Positions 23,633-38,600 of a stretch of 64,000 nucleotides of DNA are shown here, one piece after another. Origin of the DNA: Eledone cirrhosa (Eukaryota); the NCBI GenBank assembly GCA_964016885.1, contig OZ024740.1, positions 317,812,001-317,876,000 of the forward strand. Reading direction: 5' to 3'. Within the stretch, counting starts at the first letter, position 1. Every line of letters starts with the position of its first letter. The notes below the pieces were generated by a model. It ran no database searches. It had not been told where the DNA came from and saw nothing but the letters and a program-made list of their open reading frames with translations. A program made the position numbers and the translations under genes.

Positions 23633-26600
23633 TTCTACTACAATATTAACAACAAATAATCTAGGATTGTCTCGTCTATTTCCACAACTTACATTCTATC
23701 TGACATTCTAACGACTCGACCAATTCGCTGTATTTCTACTACAATACTCACAACAAATAATCCAGGACTGTCTCGTCTATTTCCACAATTTACATTCTAT
23801 CTGACATTCTAACGACTCTACCAATTCGCTGTCTTTCTACTACAATACTCACAACAAATAATCCAGGACTGTCTCGTCTATTTCCACAACTTACATTCTA
23901 TCTGACATTCTAACGACTCTACCAATTCGCTGTCTTTCTGCTACAATACTCACAACAAATAATCCAGGACTGTCTCGTCTATTTCCACAACTTACATTCT
24001 ATCTGACATTCTAACGACTCTACCAATTCGCTGTCTTTCTACTACAATACTCACAACAAATAATCCAGGATGTTATCGTCTATTTCCACAACTTACATTC
24101 TATCTGACATTCTAACGACTCTACCAATTCGCTGTCTTTCTACTACAATACTCACAACAAATAATCCAGGTTGTTATCGTCTATTTCCACAACTTACATT
24201 CTATCTGACATTCTAACGACTCTACCAATTCGAAGTCTTTCTACTACAATACTCACAACAAATAATCCAGGATTGTCTCATCTATTTCCAAAACTTACAT
24301 TCTATCTAACATTCTAACGACTCTACCAATTCACTGTCTTTCTACTACAATACTCACAACAAATAATCCAGGATTGTCTCGTCTATTTCCACAACTTGAA
24401 TTCTATCTGACATTCTAACGACTCTACCAATTCGAAGTTTTTCTACTACAATACTCACAACAAATAATCCAGGATTGTCTCGTCTATTTCCACAAATTAC
24501 ATTCTATCTGACATTCTAACGACTCTACCAATTCGCTGTCTTTCTACTACAATACTCAACAAATAATCCAGGACTGTCTCGTCTATTTCCACAACTTACG
24601 TTCTATCTGACATTCTAAAGACTCTAACAATTCGAAGTCTTTCTACTACAATACTCAGAACAAATAATCCAGGTTTGTCTCGTCTATTTCCACAACTTAC
24701 ATTCTATCTGACATTCTAACGACTCTACCAATTCGCTGTCTTTCTACTACAATACTCACAACAAATAATACAGGATTGGCTCGTCTATTTCCACAACTTA
24801 CATTCTATCTGACATTCTAACGACTGTACCAATTCGCTGTATTTCTACTACAATACTCACAACAAATAATCCAGCACTGTTTCGTCTATTTCCACAACTC
24901 ACATTCTATCTGACATTCTAACGACTCTACCAATTCGAAGTCTTTCTACTACAATACTCACAACAAATAATCCAGGAATATCTCGTCTATTTCCACAACT
25001 TACATTCTATCTGACATTGAAACGACTCTATCAATTCGAAGTCTTTCTACTACAATACTAACTTAAAATAATCCAGGATTGTCTCGTCTATTTCCACAAC
25101 TTACATTCTATCTGACATTCTAACGACTCTACCAATTCGAAGTCTTTCTACTACAATACTAATAAAAATAATCTAGGATTGTCTCGTCTATTTCCACAAC
25201 TTACATTCTATCTGACATTCTAACGACTCTACCAATTCGCTGTCTTTCTACTACAATACTCAAAACAAATAATCCAGGATTGTCTCGTCTATTTCCAAAA
25301 CTTACTTTCTATCTGACATTCTAACGACTCTACCAATTCGAAGTTTTTCTACTACAATACTAACAACAAATAATCCAGGATTGTCTCGTCTATTTCCACA
25401 ACTTACATTCTATCTGACATTCTAAGGAGTCTACCAATTCGAAGTCTTTCTACTACAATACTCAACAAATAATCCAGGACTGTCTCGTCTCCTTCCACAA
25501 CTTACGTTCTATCTGACATTCTAAAGACTCTAACAATTCGCTGTCTTTCTACTACAATACTCAGAACAAATAATCCAGGTTTGTCTCGTCTATTTCCACA
25601 ACTTACATTCTATCTGACATTCTAACGACTCTACCAATTCGCTGTCTTTCTACTACAATACTCAACAAATAATCCAGGACTGTCTCGTCTATTTCCACAA
25701 CTTACGTTCTATCTGACATTCTAAAGACTCTAACAATTCGAAGTCTTTCTACTACAATACTCAGAACAAATAATCCAGGTACGTCTCGTCTATTTCCACA
25801 ACTTACATTCTATCTAACATTCTAACGACTCTATCAATTCGAAGCCTTTTTACTACATTACTCACAACAAATAATTCAGGATTGCCCCGTCTATTTCCAC
25901 AACTTACATTCTACCTGACATTCTAACGACTCTACCAATTCGCTGTCTTTCTACTACAATACTCACAACAAATAATCCAGGATTGTCTCGTCTATTTCCA
26001 CAACTTACATTCTATCTGATATTCTAACGACTCTACCAATTCGAAGTCTTTCTACTACAATACTAACAACAAATAATCCAGGATTGTCTCTTCTATTTCC
26101 ACAACTTACATTCTATCTAACATTCTAACAACTCCACCAATTCGAAATCTTTCTACTACAATACTCACAACAAATCATCCAGGATTGTCTCGTCTATTTC
26201 CACAACTTACATTCTATCTGATATTCTAACGACTCTACGAATTCGAAGTCTTTCTACTACAATACTAACAACAAATAATCCAGCATTGTCTCTTCTATTT
26301 CCACAACTTGCATTCTATCTGACATTCTAATGACTCTACCAATTCGAAGTCTTTCTACTACAATACTCACAACAAATAATCCAGGATTGTCTCGTCTATT
26401 TCCACAACTTGCATTCTAGACATTCTAACGACTCTACCAATTTGAAATCTTTCTACTACAATACTCACAACAAATAATCCAGGATTGTCTCGTCTATTTC
26501 CACAAATTACATTCTATCTGACATTGTAACGACTCTACCAATTCGAAGTCTTTCTACTACAATACTCACAACAAATAATCCAGGATTGTCTCGTCTATTT

Positions 26601-29600
26601 CCACAACATACATTCTATCTGACATTCTAACGACTCTACCAATTCGCTGTCTTTCTACTACAATACTCAACAAATAATCCAGGACTGTCTCGTCTATTTC
26701 CACAACTTACGTTCTATCTGACATTCTAAAGACTCTAACAATTCGAAGCCTTTTTACTACATTACTCACAACAAATAATTCAGGATTGTCTCGTCTATTT
26801 CCACAAATTACGTTCTATCTGACATTCTAACGACTCTACCAATTCGCTGTCTTTCTACTACAATACTCACAACAAATAATCCAGGATTGTCTCGTCTATT
26901 TCCACAACTTACATTCTATCTAACATTCTAATTACTCCACCAATTCGAAATCTTTCTACTACAATACTCACAACAAATCATCCAGGATTGTCTCGTCTAT
27001 TTCCACAACTTACATTCTATCTGATATTCTAACGACTCTACGAATTCGAAGTCTTTCTACTACAATACTAACAACAAATAATCCAGGATTGTCTCTTCTA
27101 TTTCCACAACTTGCATTCTATCGGACATTCTAATGACTCTACCAATTCGAAGTCTTTCTACTACAATACTCACAACAAATAATCCAGGATTGTCTCGTCT
27201 AATTCCACAACTTGCATTCTATCTGACATTCTAACGACTCTACCAATTTGAAGTCTTTCTACTACAATACTCACAACAAATAATCCAGGATTGTCTCGTC
27301 TATTTCCACAAATTACATTCTATCTGACATTCTAACGACTCTACCAATTCGCTGTCTTTCTACTACAATACTCACAACAAATAATCCAGGATTGTCTCGT
27401 CTATTTCCACAACATACATTCTATCTGACATTCTAACGACTCTACCAATTCGCTGTCTTTCTACTACAATACTCAACAAATAATCCAGGACTGTCTCGTC
27501 TATTTCCACAACTTACGTTCTATCTGACATTCTAAAGACTCTAACAATTCGAAGTCTTTCTACTACAATACTCAGAACAAATAATCCAGGTTTGTCTCGT
27601 CTATTTCCACAACTTACATTCTATCTAACATTCTAACGACTCTACCAATTCGAAGCCTTTTTACTACATTACTCACAACAAATAATTCAGGATTGCCCCG
27701 TCTATTTCCACAACTTACATTCTACCTGACATTCTAACGACTCTACCAATTCGCTGTCTTTCTACTACAATACTCACAACAAATAATCCAGGATTGTCTC
27801 GTCTATTTCCACAACTTACATTCTATCTGATATTCTAACGACTCTACCAATTCGAAGTCTTTCTACTACAATACTAACAACAAATAATCCAGGATTGTCT
27901 CTTCTATTTCCACAAATTACATTCTATCTAACATTCTAACAACTCCACCAATTCGAAATCTTTCTACTACAATACTCACAACAAATCATCCAGGATTGTC
28001 TCGTCTATTTCCACAACTTACATTCCATCTGATATTCTAACGACTCTACGAATTCGAAGTCTTTCTACTACAATACTAACAACAAATAATCCAGGATTGT
28101 CTCTTCTATTTCCACAACTTGCATTCTATCTGACATTCTAATGACTCTACCAATTCGAAGTCTTTCTACTACAATACTCACAACAAATAATCCAGGATTG
28201 TCTCGTCTATTTCCACAACTTGCATTCTATCTGACATTCTAACGACTCTACCAATTTGAAATCTTTCTACTACAATACTCACAACAAATAATCCTGGATT
28301 GTCTCGTCTATTTCCACAAATTACATTCTATCTGACATTCTAACGACTCTACCAATTCGAAGTCTTTCTACTACAATACTCACAACAAATAATCCAGGAT
28401 TGTCTCGTCTATTTCCACAACATACATTCTATCTGACATTCTAACGACTCTACCAATTCGCTGTCTTTCTACTACAATACTCAACAAATAATCCAGGACT
28501 GTCTCGTCTATTTCCACAACCTACGTTCTATCTGACATTCTAAAGACTCTAACAATTCGAAGTCTTTCTACTACAATACTCAGAACAAATAATCCAGGTT
28601 TGTCTCGTCTATTTCCACAACTTACATTCTATCTAACATTCTAACGACTCTACCAATTCGAAGCCTTTTTACTACATTACTCACAACAAATAATTCAGGA
28701 TTGTCTCGTCTATTTCCACAAATTACGTTCTATCTGACATTCTAACGACTCTACCAATTCGAAGTCTTTCTACTACAATACTCACAACAAATAATCCAGG
28801 ATTGTCTCCTCTATTTCCACAACTTACATTCTATCTAACATTCTAATTACTCCACCAATTCGAAATCTTTCTACTACAATACTCACAACAAATCATCCAG
28901 GATTGTCTCGTCTATTTCCACAACTTACATTCTATCTGATATTCTAACGACTCTACGAATTCGAAGTCTTTCTACTACAATACTAACAACAAATAATCCA
29001 GGATTGTCTCTTCTATTTCCACAACTTGCATTCTATCTGACATTCTAATGACTCTACCAATTCGAAGTCTTTCTACTACAATACTCACAACAAATAATCC
29101 AGGATTGTCTCGTCTAATTCCACAACTTGCATTCTATCTGACATTCTAACGACTCTACCAATTTGAAGTCTTTCTACTACAATACTCACAACAAATAATC
29201 CAGGATTGTCTCGTCTATTTCCACAAATTACATTCTATCTGACATTCTAACGACTCTACCAATTCGCTGTCTTTCTACTACAATACTCACAACAATTAAT
29301 CCAGGATTGTCTCGTCTATTTCCACAACATACATTCTATCTGACATTCTAACGACTCTACCAATTCGCTGTCTTTCTACTACAATACTCAACAAATAATC
29401 CAGGACTGTCTCGTCTATTTCCACACCTTACGTTCTATCTGACATTCTAAAGACTCTAACAATTCGAAGTCTTTCTACTACAATACTCAGAACAAATAAT
29501 CCAGGTTTGTCTCGTCTATTTCCATAACTTACATTCTATCTAACATTCTAACGACTCTACCAATTCGAAGCCTTTTAACTACATTACTCACAACAAATAA

Positions 29601-32600
29601 TTCAGGATTGCCCCGTCTATTTCCACAACTTACATTCTACCTGACATTCTAACGACTCTACCAATTCGCTGTCTTTCTACTACAATACTCACAACAAATA
29701 ATCCAGGATTGTCTCGTCTATTTCCACAACTTACATTCTATCTGATATTCTAACGACTCTACCAATTCGAAGTCTTTCTACTACAATACTAACAACAAAT
29801 AATCCAGGATTGTCTCTTCTATTTCCACAAATTACATTCTATCTAACATTCTAACAACTCCACCAATTCGAAATCTTTCTACTACAATACTCACAACAAA
29901 TCATCCAGGATTGTCTCGTCTATTTCCACAACTTACGTTCCATCTGATATTCTAACGACTCTACGAATTCGAAGTCTTTCTACTACAATACTAACAACAA
30001 ATAATCCAGGATTGTCTCTTCTATTTCCACAACTTGCATTCTATCTGACATTCTAATGACTCTACCAATTCGAAGTCTTTCTACTACAATACTCACAACA
30101 AATAATCCAGGATTGTCTCGTCTATTTCCACAACTTGCATTCTATCTGACATTCTAACGACTCTACCAATTTGAAATCTTTCTACTACAATACTCACAAC
30201 AAATAATCCAGGATTGTCTCGTCTATTTCCACAAATTACATTCTATCTGACATTCTAACGACTCTACCAATTCGAAGTCTTTCTACTACAATACTCACAA
30301 CAAATATCCAGGATTGTCTCGTCTATTTCCACAACATACATTCTATCTGACATTCTAACGACTCTACCAATTCGCTGTCTTTCTACTACAATACTCAACA
30401 AATAATCCAGGACTGTCTCGTCTATTTCCACAACTTACGTTCTATCTGACATTCTAAAGACTCTAAAAATTCGAAGTCTTTCTACTACAATACTCAGAAC
30501 AAATAATCCAGGTTTGACTCGTCTATTTCCACAACTTACATTCTATCTAACATTCTAACGACTCTACCAATTCGAAGCCTTTTTACTACATTACTCACAA
30601 CAAATAATTCAGGATTGTCTCGTCTATTTCCACAAATTACGTTCTATCTGACATTCTAACGACTCTACCAATTCGCTGTCTTTCTACTACAATACTCACA
30701 ACAAATAATCCAGGATTGTCTCGTCTATTTCCACAACTTACATTCTATCTAACATTCTAATTACTCCACCAATTCGAAATCTTTCTACTACAATACTCAC
30801 AACAAATCATCCAGGATTGTCTCGTCTATTTCCACAACTTACATTCTATCTGATATTCTAACGACTCTACGAATTCGAAGTCTTTCTACTACAATACTAA
30901 CAACAAATAATCCAGGATTGTCTCTTCTATTTCCACAACTTGCATTCTATCTGACATTCTAATGACTCTACCAATTCGAAGTCTTTCTACTACAATACTC
31001 ACAACAAATAATCCAGGATTGTCTCGTCTAATTCCACAACTTGCATTCTATCTGATATTCTAACGACTCTACCAATTTGAAGTCTTTCTACTACAATACT
31101 CACAACAAATAATCCAGGATTGTCTCGTCTATTTCCACAAATTACATTCTATCTGACATTCTAACGACTCTACCAATTCGCTGTCTTTCTACTACAATAC
31201 TCACAACAAATAGTCCAGGATTGTCTCGTCTATTTCCACAACATACATTCTATCTGACATTCTAACGACTCTACCAATTCGCTGTCTTTCTACTACAATA
31301 CTCAACAAATAATCCAGGACTGTCTCGTCTATTTCCACAACTTACGTTCTATCTGACATTCTAAAGACTCTAACAATTCGAAGTCTTTCTACTACAATAC
31401 TCAGAACAAATAATCCAGGTTTGTCTCGTCTATTTCCACAACTTACATTCTATCTAACATTCTAACGACTCTACCAATTCGAAGCCTTTTTACTACATTA
31501 CTCACAACAAATAATTCAGGATTGCCCCGTCTATTTCCACAACTTACATTCTACCTGACATTCTAACGACTCTACCAATTCGCTGTCTTTCTACTACAAT
31601 ACTCACAACAAATAATCCAGGATTGTCTCGTCTATTTCCACAACTTACATTCTATCTAACATTCTAACAACTCCACCAATTCGAAATCTTTCTACTACAA
31701 TACTCACAACAAATCATCCAGGATTGTCTCGTCTATTTCCACAACTTACGTTCTATCTGATATTCTAACGACTCTACCAATTCGAAGTCTTTCTACTACA
31801 ATACTAACAACAAATAATCCAGGATTGTCTCTTCTATTTCCACAACTTACATTCTATCTAACATTCTAACAACTCCACCAATTCGAAATCTTTCTACTAC
31901 AATACTCACAACAAATCATCCAGGATTGTCCCGTCTATTTCCACAACTTACATTCTATCTGATATTCTAACGACTCTACCAATTCGAAGTCTTTCTACTA
32001 CAATACTAACAACAAATAATCCAGGATTGTCTCGTCTATTTCCACAACTTACATTCTATCTGACATTCTAACGACTCTACCAATTCGCTGTATTTCTACT
32101 ACAATACTCACAACAAATAATCCAGGATTGTCTCGTCTATTTCCATAACATACATTCTATCTGACATTCTAACGACTCTTCCAATTCTCTGTCTTTCTAC
32201 TACAATACTCAACAAATAATCCAGGACTGTCTCGTCTATTTCCACAACTTACGTTCTATCTGACATTCTAAAGACTCTAACAATTCGAAGTCTTTCTACT
32301 ACAATACTCAGAACAAATAATCCAGGTTTGTCTCGTCTATTTCCACAACTTACATTCTATCTAACATTCTAACGACTCTACCAATTCGAAGCCTTTTTAC
32401 TACATTACTCACAACAAATAATTCAGGATTGCCCCGTCTATTTCCACAACTTACATTCTACCTGACATTCTAACGACTCTACCAATTCGCTGTCTTTCTA
32501 CTACAATACTCACAACAAATAATCCAGGATTGTCTCGTCTATTTCCACAACTTACATTCTATCTAACATTCTAACAACTCCACCAATTCGAAATCTTTCT

Positions 32601-35600
32601 ACTACAATACTCACAACAAATCATCCAGGATTGTCTCGTCTATTTCCACAACTTACGTTCTATCTGATATTCTAACGACTCTACCAATTCGAAGTCTTTC
32701 TACTACAATACTAACAACAAATAATCCAGGACTGTCTCTTCTATTTCCACAACTTACATTCTATCTAACATTCTAACAACTCCACCAATTCGAAATCTTT
32801 CTACTACAATACTCACAACAAATCATCCAGGATTGTCCCGTCTATTTCCACAACTTACATTCTATCTGATATTCTAACGACTCTACCAATTCGAAGTCTT
32901 TCTACTACAATACTAACAACAAATAATCCAGGACTGTCTCGTATATTTCCACAACTTACGTTCAATCTGACATTCTAAAGACTCTAACAATTCGAAGTCT
33001 TTCTACTACAATACTCAGAACAAATAATCCAGGTTTGTCTCGTCTATTTCCACAACTTACATTCTATCTAACATTCTAACGACTCTACCAATTCGAAGCC
33101 TTTTTACTACATTACTCACAACAAATAATTCAGGATTGCCCCGTCTATTTCCACAACTTACATTCTACCTGACATTCTAACGACTCTACCAATTCGCTGT
33201 CTTTCTACTACAATACTCACAACAAATAATCCAGGATTGTCTCGTCTATTTCCACAACTTACATTCTATCTAACATTCTAACAACTCCACCAATTCGAAA
33301 TCTTTCTACTACAATACTCACAACAAATCATCCAGGATTGTCTCGTCTATTTCCACAACTTACGTTCTATCTGATATTCTAACGACTCTACCAATTCGAA
33401 GTCTTTCTACTACAATACTAACAACAAATAATCCAGGATTGTCTCTTCTATTTCCACAACTTACATTCTATCTAACATTCTAACAACTCCACCAATTCGA
33501 AATCTTTCTACTACAATACTCACCACAAATCATCCAGGATTGTCCCGTCTATTTCCACAACTTACATTCTATCTGATATTCTAACGACTCTACCAATTCG
33601 AAGTCTTTCTACTACAATACTAACAACAAATAATCCAGGATTGTCTCTTCTATTTCCACAACTTGCATTCTATCTGACATTCTAACGACTCTACCAATTC
33701 GAAGTCTTTCTACTACAATACTCACAACAAATAATCCAGGATTGTCTCGTCTATTTCCACAACTTGCATTCTATCTGACATTCTAACGACTCTACCAATT
33801 CGCTGTCTTTCTACTACAATACTCAACAAATAATCCAGGACTGTCTCGTCTATTTCCACAACTTACGTTCTATCTGACATTCTAAAGACTCTAACAATTC
33901 GAAGTCTTTCTACTACAATACTCAGAACAAATAATCCAGGTTTGTCTCGTCTATTTCCACAACTTACATTCTATCTAACATTCTAACGACTCTACCAATT
34001 CGAAGCCTTTTTACTACATTACTCACAACAAATAATTCAGGATTGCCCCGTCTATTTCCACAACTCACATTCTACCTGACATTCTAACGACTCTACCAAT
34101 TCGCTGTCTTTCTACTACAATACTCACAACAAATAATCCAGGATTGTCTTGTCTATTTCCACAACTTACATTCTATCTAACATTCTAACAACTCCACCAA
34201 TTCGAAATCTTTCTACTACAATACTCACAACAAATCATCCAGGATTGTCTCGTCTATTTCCACAACTTACGTTCTATTTGATATTCTAACGACTCTACCA
34301 ATTCGAAGTCTTTCTACTACAATACTAACAACAAATAATCCAGGATTGTCTCTTCTATTTCCACAACTTACATTCTATCTAACATTCTAACAACTCCACC
34401 AATTCGAAATCTTTCTACTACAATACTCACAACAAATCATCCAGGATTGTCCCGTCTATTTCCACAACTTACATTCTATCTGATATTCTAACGACTCTAC
34501 CAATTCGAAGTCTTTCTACTACAATACTAACAACAAATAATCCAGGATTGTCTCTTCTATTTCCACAACTTGCATTCTATCTGACATTCTAATGACTCTA
34601 CCAATTCGAAGTCTTTCTACTACAATACTCACAACAAATAATCCAGGATTGTCTCGTCTATTTCCACAACTTGCATTCTATCTGACATTCTAACGACTCT
34701 ACCAATTCGAAGTCTTTCTACTACAATACTCACAACAAATAATCCAGGATTGTCTCGTCTATTTCCACAAATTACATTCTATCTGACATTCTAACGACTC
34801 TACCAATTCGCTGTCTTTCTACTACAATACTCACAACAAATAATCCAGGATTGTCTCGTCTATTTCCACAACATACATTCTATCTGACATTCTAACGACT
34901 CTACCAATTCGCTGTCTTTCTACTACAATACTCAACAAATAATCCAGGACTGTCTCGTCTATTTCCACAACTTACGTTCTATCTGACATTCTAAAGACTC
35001 TAACAATTCGAAGTCTTTCTACTACAATACTCAGAACAAATAACGCAGGTTTGTCTCGTCTATTTCCACAACTTACATTCTATCTAACATTCTAACGACT
35101 CTACCAATTCGAAGCCTTTTTACTACATTACTCACAACAAATAATTCAGGATTGTCTCGTCTATTTCCACAAATTACGTTCTATCTGACATTCTAACGAC
35201 TCTACCAATTCGCTGTCTTTCTACTACAATACTCACAACAAATAATCCAGGATTGTCTCGTCTATTTCCACAACTTACATTCTATCTAACATTCTAAGAA
35301 CTCCACCAATTCGAAATCTTTCTACTACAATACTCACAACAAATCATCCAGGATTGTCTCGTCTATTTCCACAACTTACATTCTATCTGATATTCTAACG
35401 ACTCTACCAATTCGAAGTCTTTCTACTACAATACTAACAACAAATAATCCAGGATTGTCTCTTCTATTTCCACAACTTGCATTCTATCTGACATTCTAAC
35501 GACTCTACCAATTCGAAGTCTTTCTACTACAATACTCACAACAAATAATCTAGGATTGTCTCGTCTATTTCCACAACTTGCATTCTATCTGACATTCTAA

Positions 35601-38600
35601 CGACTCTACCAATTCGAAGTCTTTCTACTACAATACTCACAACAAATAATCCAGGATTGTCTCGTCTATTTCCACAAATTACATTCTATCTGACATTCTA
35701 ACGACTCTACCAATTCGCTGTCTTTCTACTACAATACTCACAACAAATAATCCAGGATTGTCTCGTCTATTTCCACAACATACATTCTTTCTGACATTCT
35801 AACGACTCTACCAATTCGCTGTCTTTCTACTACAATACTCAACAAATAATCCAGGACTGTCTCGTCTATTTCCAAAACTTACGTTCTATCTGACATTCTA
35901 AAGACTCTAACAATTCGAAGTCTTTCTACTACAATACTCAACAAATAATCCAGGATTGTCTCTTCTATTTCCACAACTTACATTCTATCTAACATTCTAA
36001 CAACTCCACCAATTCGAAATCTTTATACTACAATACTCAGAACAAATAATCCAGGTTTGTCTCGTCTATTTCCACAACTTACATTCTATCTAACATTCTA
36101 ACGACTCTACCTATTCGAAGTCTTTCTACTATAATACTAACAACAAATAATCCAGGATTGTCTCTTCTATTTCCACAACTTACATTCTATCTAACATTCT
36201 AACGCCTCTACCAATTCGAAGCCTTTTTTCTACATTACTCACAACAAATAATTCAGGATTGCCCCGTCTATTTCCACAACTTACATTCTACCTGACATTC
36301 TAACGACTCTACCAATTCGCTGTCTTTCTACTACAATACTCACAACAAATAATCCAGGATTGTCTCGTCTATTTCCACAACTTACATTCTATCTAACATC
36401 TAACAACTCCACCAATTCGAAATCTTTCTACTACAATACTCACAACAAATAATCCAGGATTGTCTCGTCTATTTCCACAACTTACATTCTATCTGATATT
36501 CTAACGACTCTACCAATTCGAAGTCTTTCTACTACAATACTAACAACAAATAATCCAGGATTGTCTCTTCTATTTCCACAACTTACATTCTATCTAACAT
36601 TCTAACAACTCCACCAATTCGAAATCTTTCTACTACAATACTCACAACAAATCATCCAGGATTGTCTCGTCTATTTCCACAACTTACATTCTATCTGATA
36701 TTCTAACGACTCTACGAATTCGAAGTCTTTCTACTACAATACTAACAACAAATAATCCAGGATTGTCTCTTCTATTTCCACAACTTGCATTCTATCTGAC
36801 ATTCTAATGACTCTACCAATTCGAAGTCTTTCTACTACAATACTCACAACAAATCATCCAGGATTGTCTCGTCTATTTCCACAACTTACGTTCTATCTGA
36901 TATTCTAACGACTCTACCAATTCGAAGTCTTTCTACTACAATACTAACAACAAATAATCCAGGATTGTCTCTTCTATTTCCACAACTTACATTCTATCTA
37001 ACATTCTAACAACTCCACCAATTCGAAATCTTTCTACTACAATACTCACAACAAATCATCCAGGATTGTCCCGTCTATTTCCACAACTTACATTCTATCT
37101 GATATTCTAACGACTCTACCAATTCGAAGTCTTTCTACTACAATACTAACAACAAATAATCCAGGATTGTCTCGTCTATTTCCACAACTTACATTCTATC
37201 TGACATTCTAACGACTCTACCAATTCGCTGTATTTCTACTACAATACTCACAACAAATAATCCAGGATTGTCTCGTCTATTTCCATAACATACATTCTAT
37301 CTGACATTCTAACGACTCTTCCAATTCTCTGTCTTTCTACTACAATACTCAACAAATAATCCAGGACTGTCTCGTCTATTTCCACAACTTACGTTCTATC
37401 TGACATTCTAAAGACTCTAACAATTCGAAGTCTTTCTACTACAATACTCAGAACAAATAATCCAGGTTTGTCTCGTCTATTTCCACAACTTACATTCTAT
37501 CTAACATTCTAACGACTCTACCAATTCGAAGCCTTTTTACTACATTACTCACAACAAATAATTCAGGATTGCCCCGTCTATTTCCACAACTTACATTCTA
37601 CCTGACATTCTAACGACTCTACCAATTCGCTGTCTTTCTACTACAATACTCACAACAAATAATCCAGGATTGTCTCGTCTATTTCCACAACTTACATTCT
37701 ATCTAACATTCTAACAACTCCACCAATTCGAAATCTTTCTACTACAATACTCACAACAAATCATCCAGGATTGTCTCGTCTATTTCCACAACTTACGTTC
37801 TATCTGATATTCTAACGACTCTACCAATTCGAAGTCTTTCTACTACAATACTAACAACAAATAATCCAGGATTGTCTCTTCTATTTCCACAACTTACATT
37901 CTATCTAACATTCTAACAACTCCACCAATTCGAAATCTTTCTACTACAATACTCACAACAAATCATCCAGGATTGTCCCGTCTATTTCCACAACTTACAT
38001 TCTATCTGATATTCTAACGACTCTACCAATTCGAAGTCTTTCTACTACAATACTAACAACAAATAATCCAGGACTGTCTCGTATATTTCCACAACTTACG
38101 TTCAATCTGACATTCTAAAGACTCTAACAATTCGAAGTCTTTCTACTACAATACTCAGAACAAATAATCCAGGTTTGTCTCGTCTATTTCCACAACTTAC
38201 ATTCTATCTAACATTCTAACGACTCTACCAATTCGAAGCCTTTTTACTACATTACTCACAACAAATAATTCAGGATTGCCCCGTCTATTTCCACAACTTA
38301 CATTCTACCTGACATTCTAACGACTCTACCAATTCGCTGTCTTTCTACTACAATACTCACAACAAATAATCCAGGATTGTCTCGTCTATTTCCACAACTT
38401 ACATTCTATCTAACATTCTAACAACTCCACCAATTCGAAATCTTTCTACTACAATACTCACAACAAATCATCCAGGATTGTCTCGTCTATTTCCACAACT
38501 TACGTTCTATCTGATATTCTAACGACTCTACCAATTCGAAGTCTTTCTACTACAATACTAACAACAAATAATCCAGAATTGTCTCTTCTATTTCCACAAC

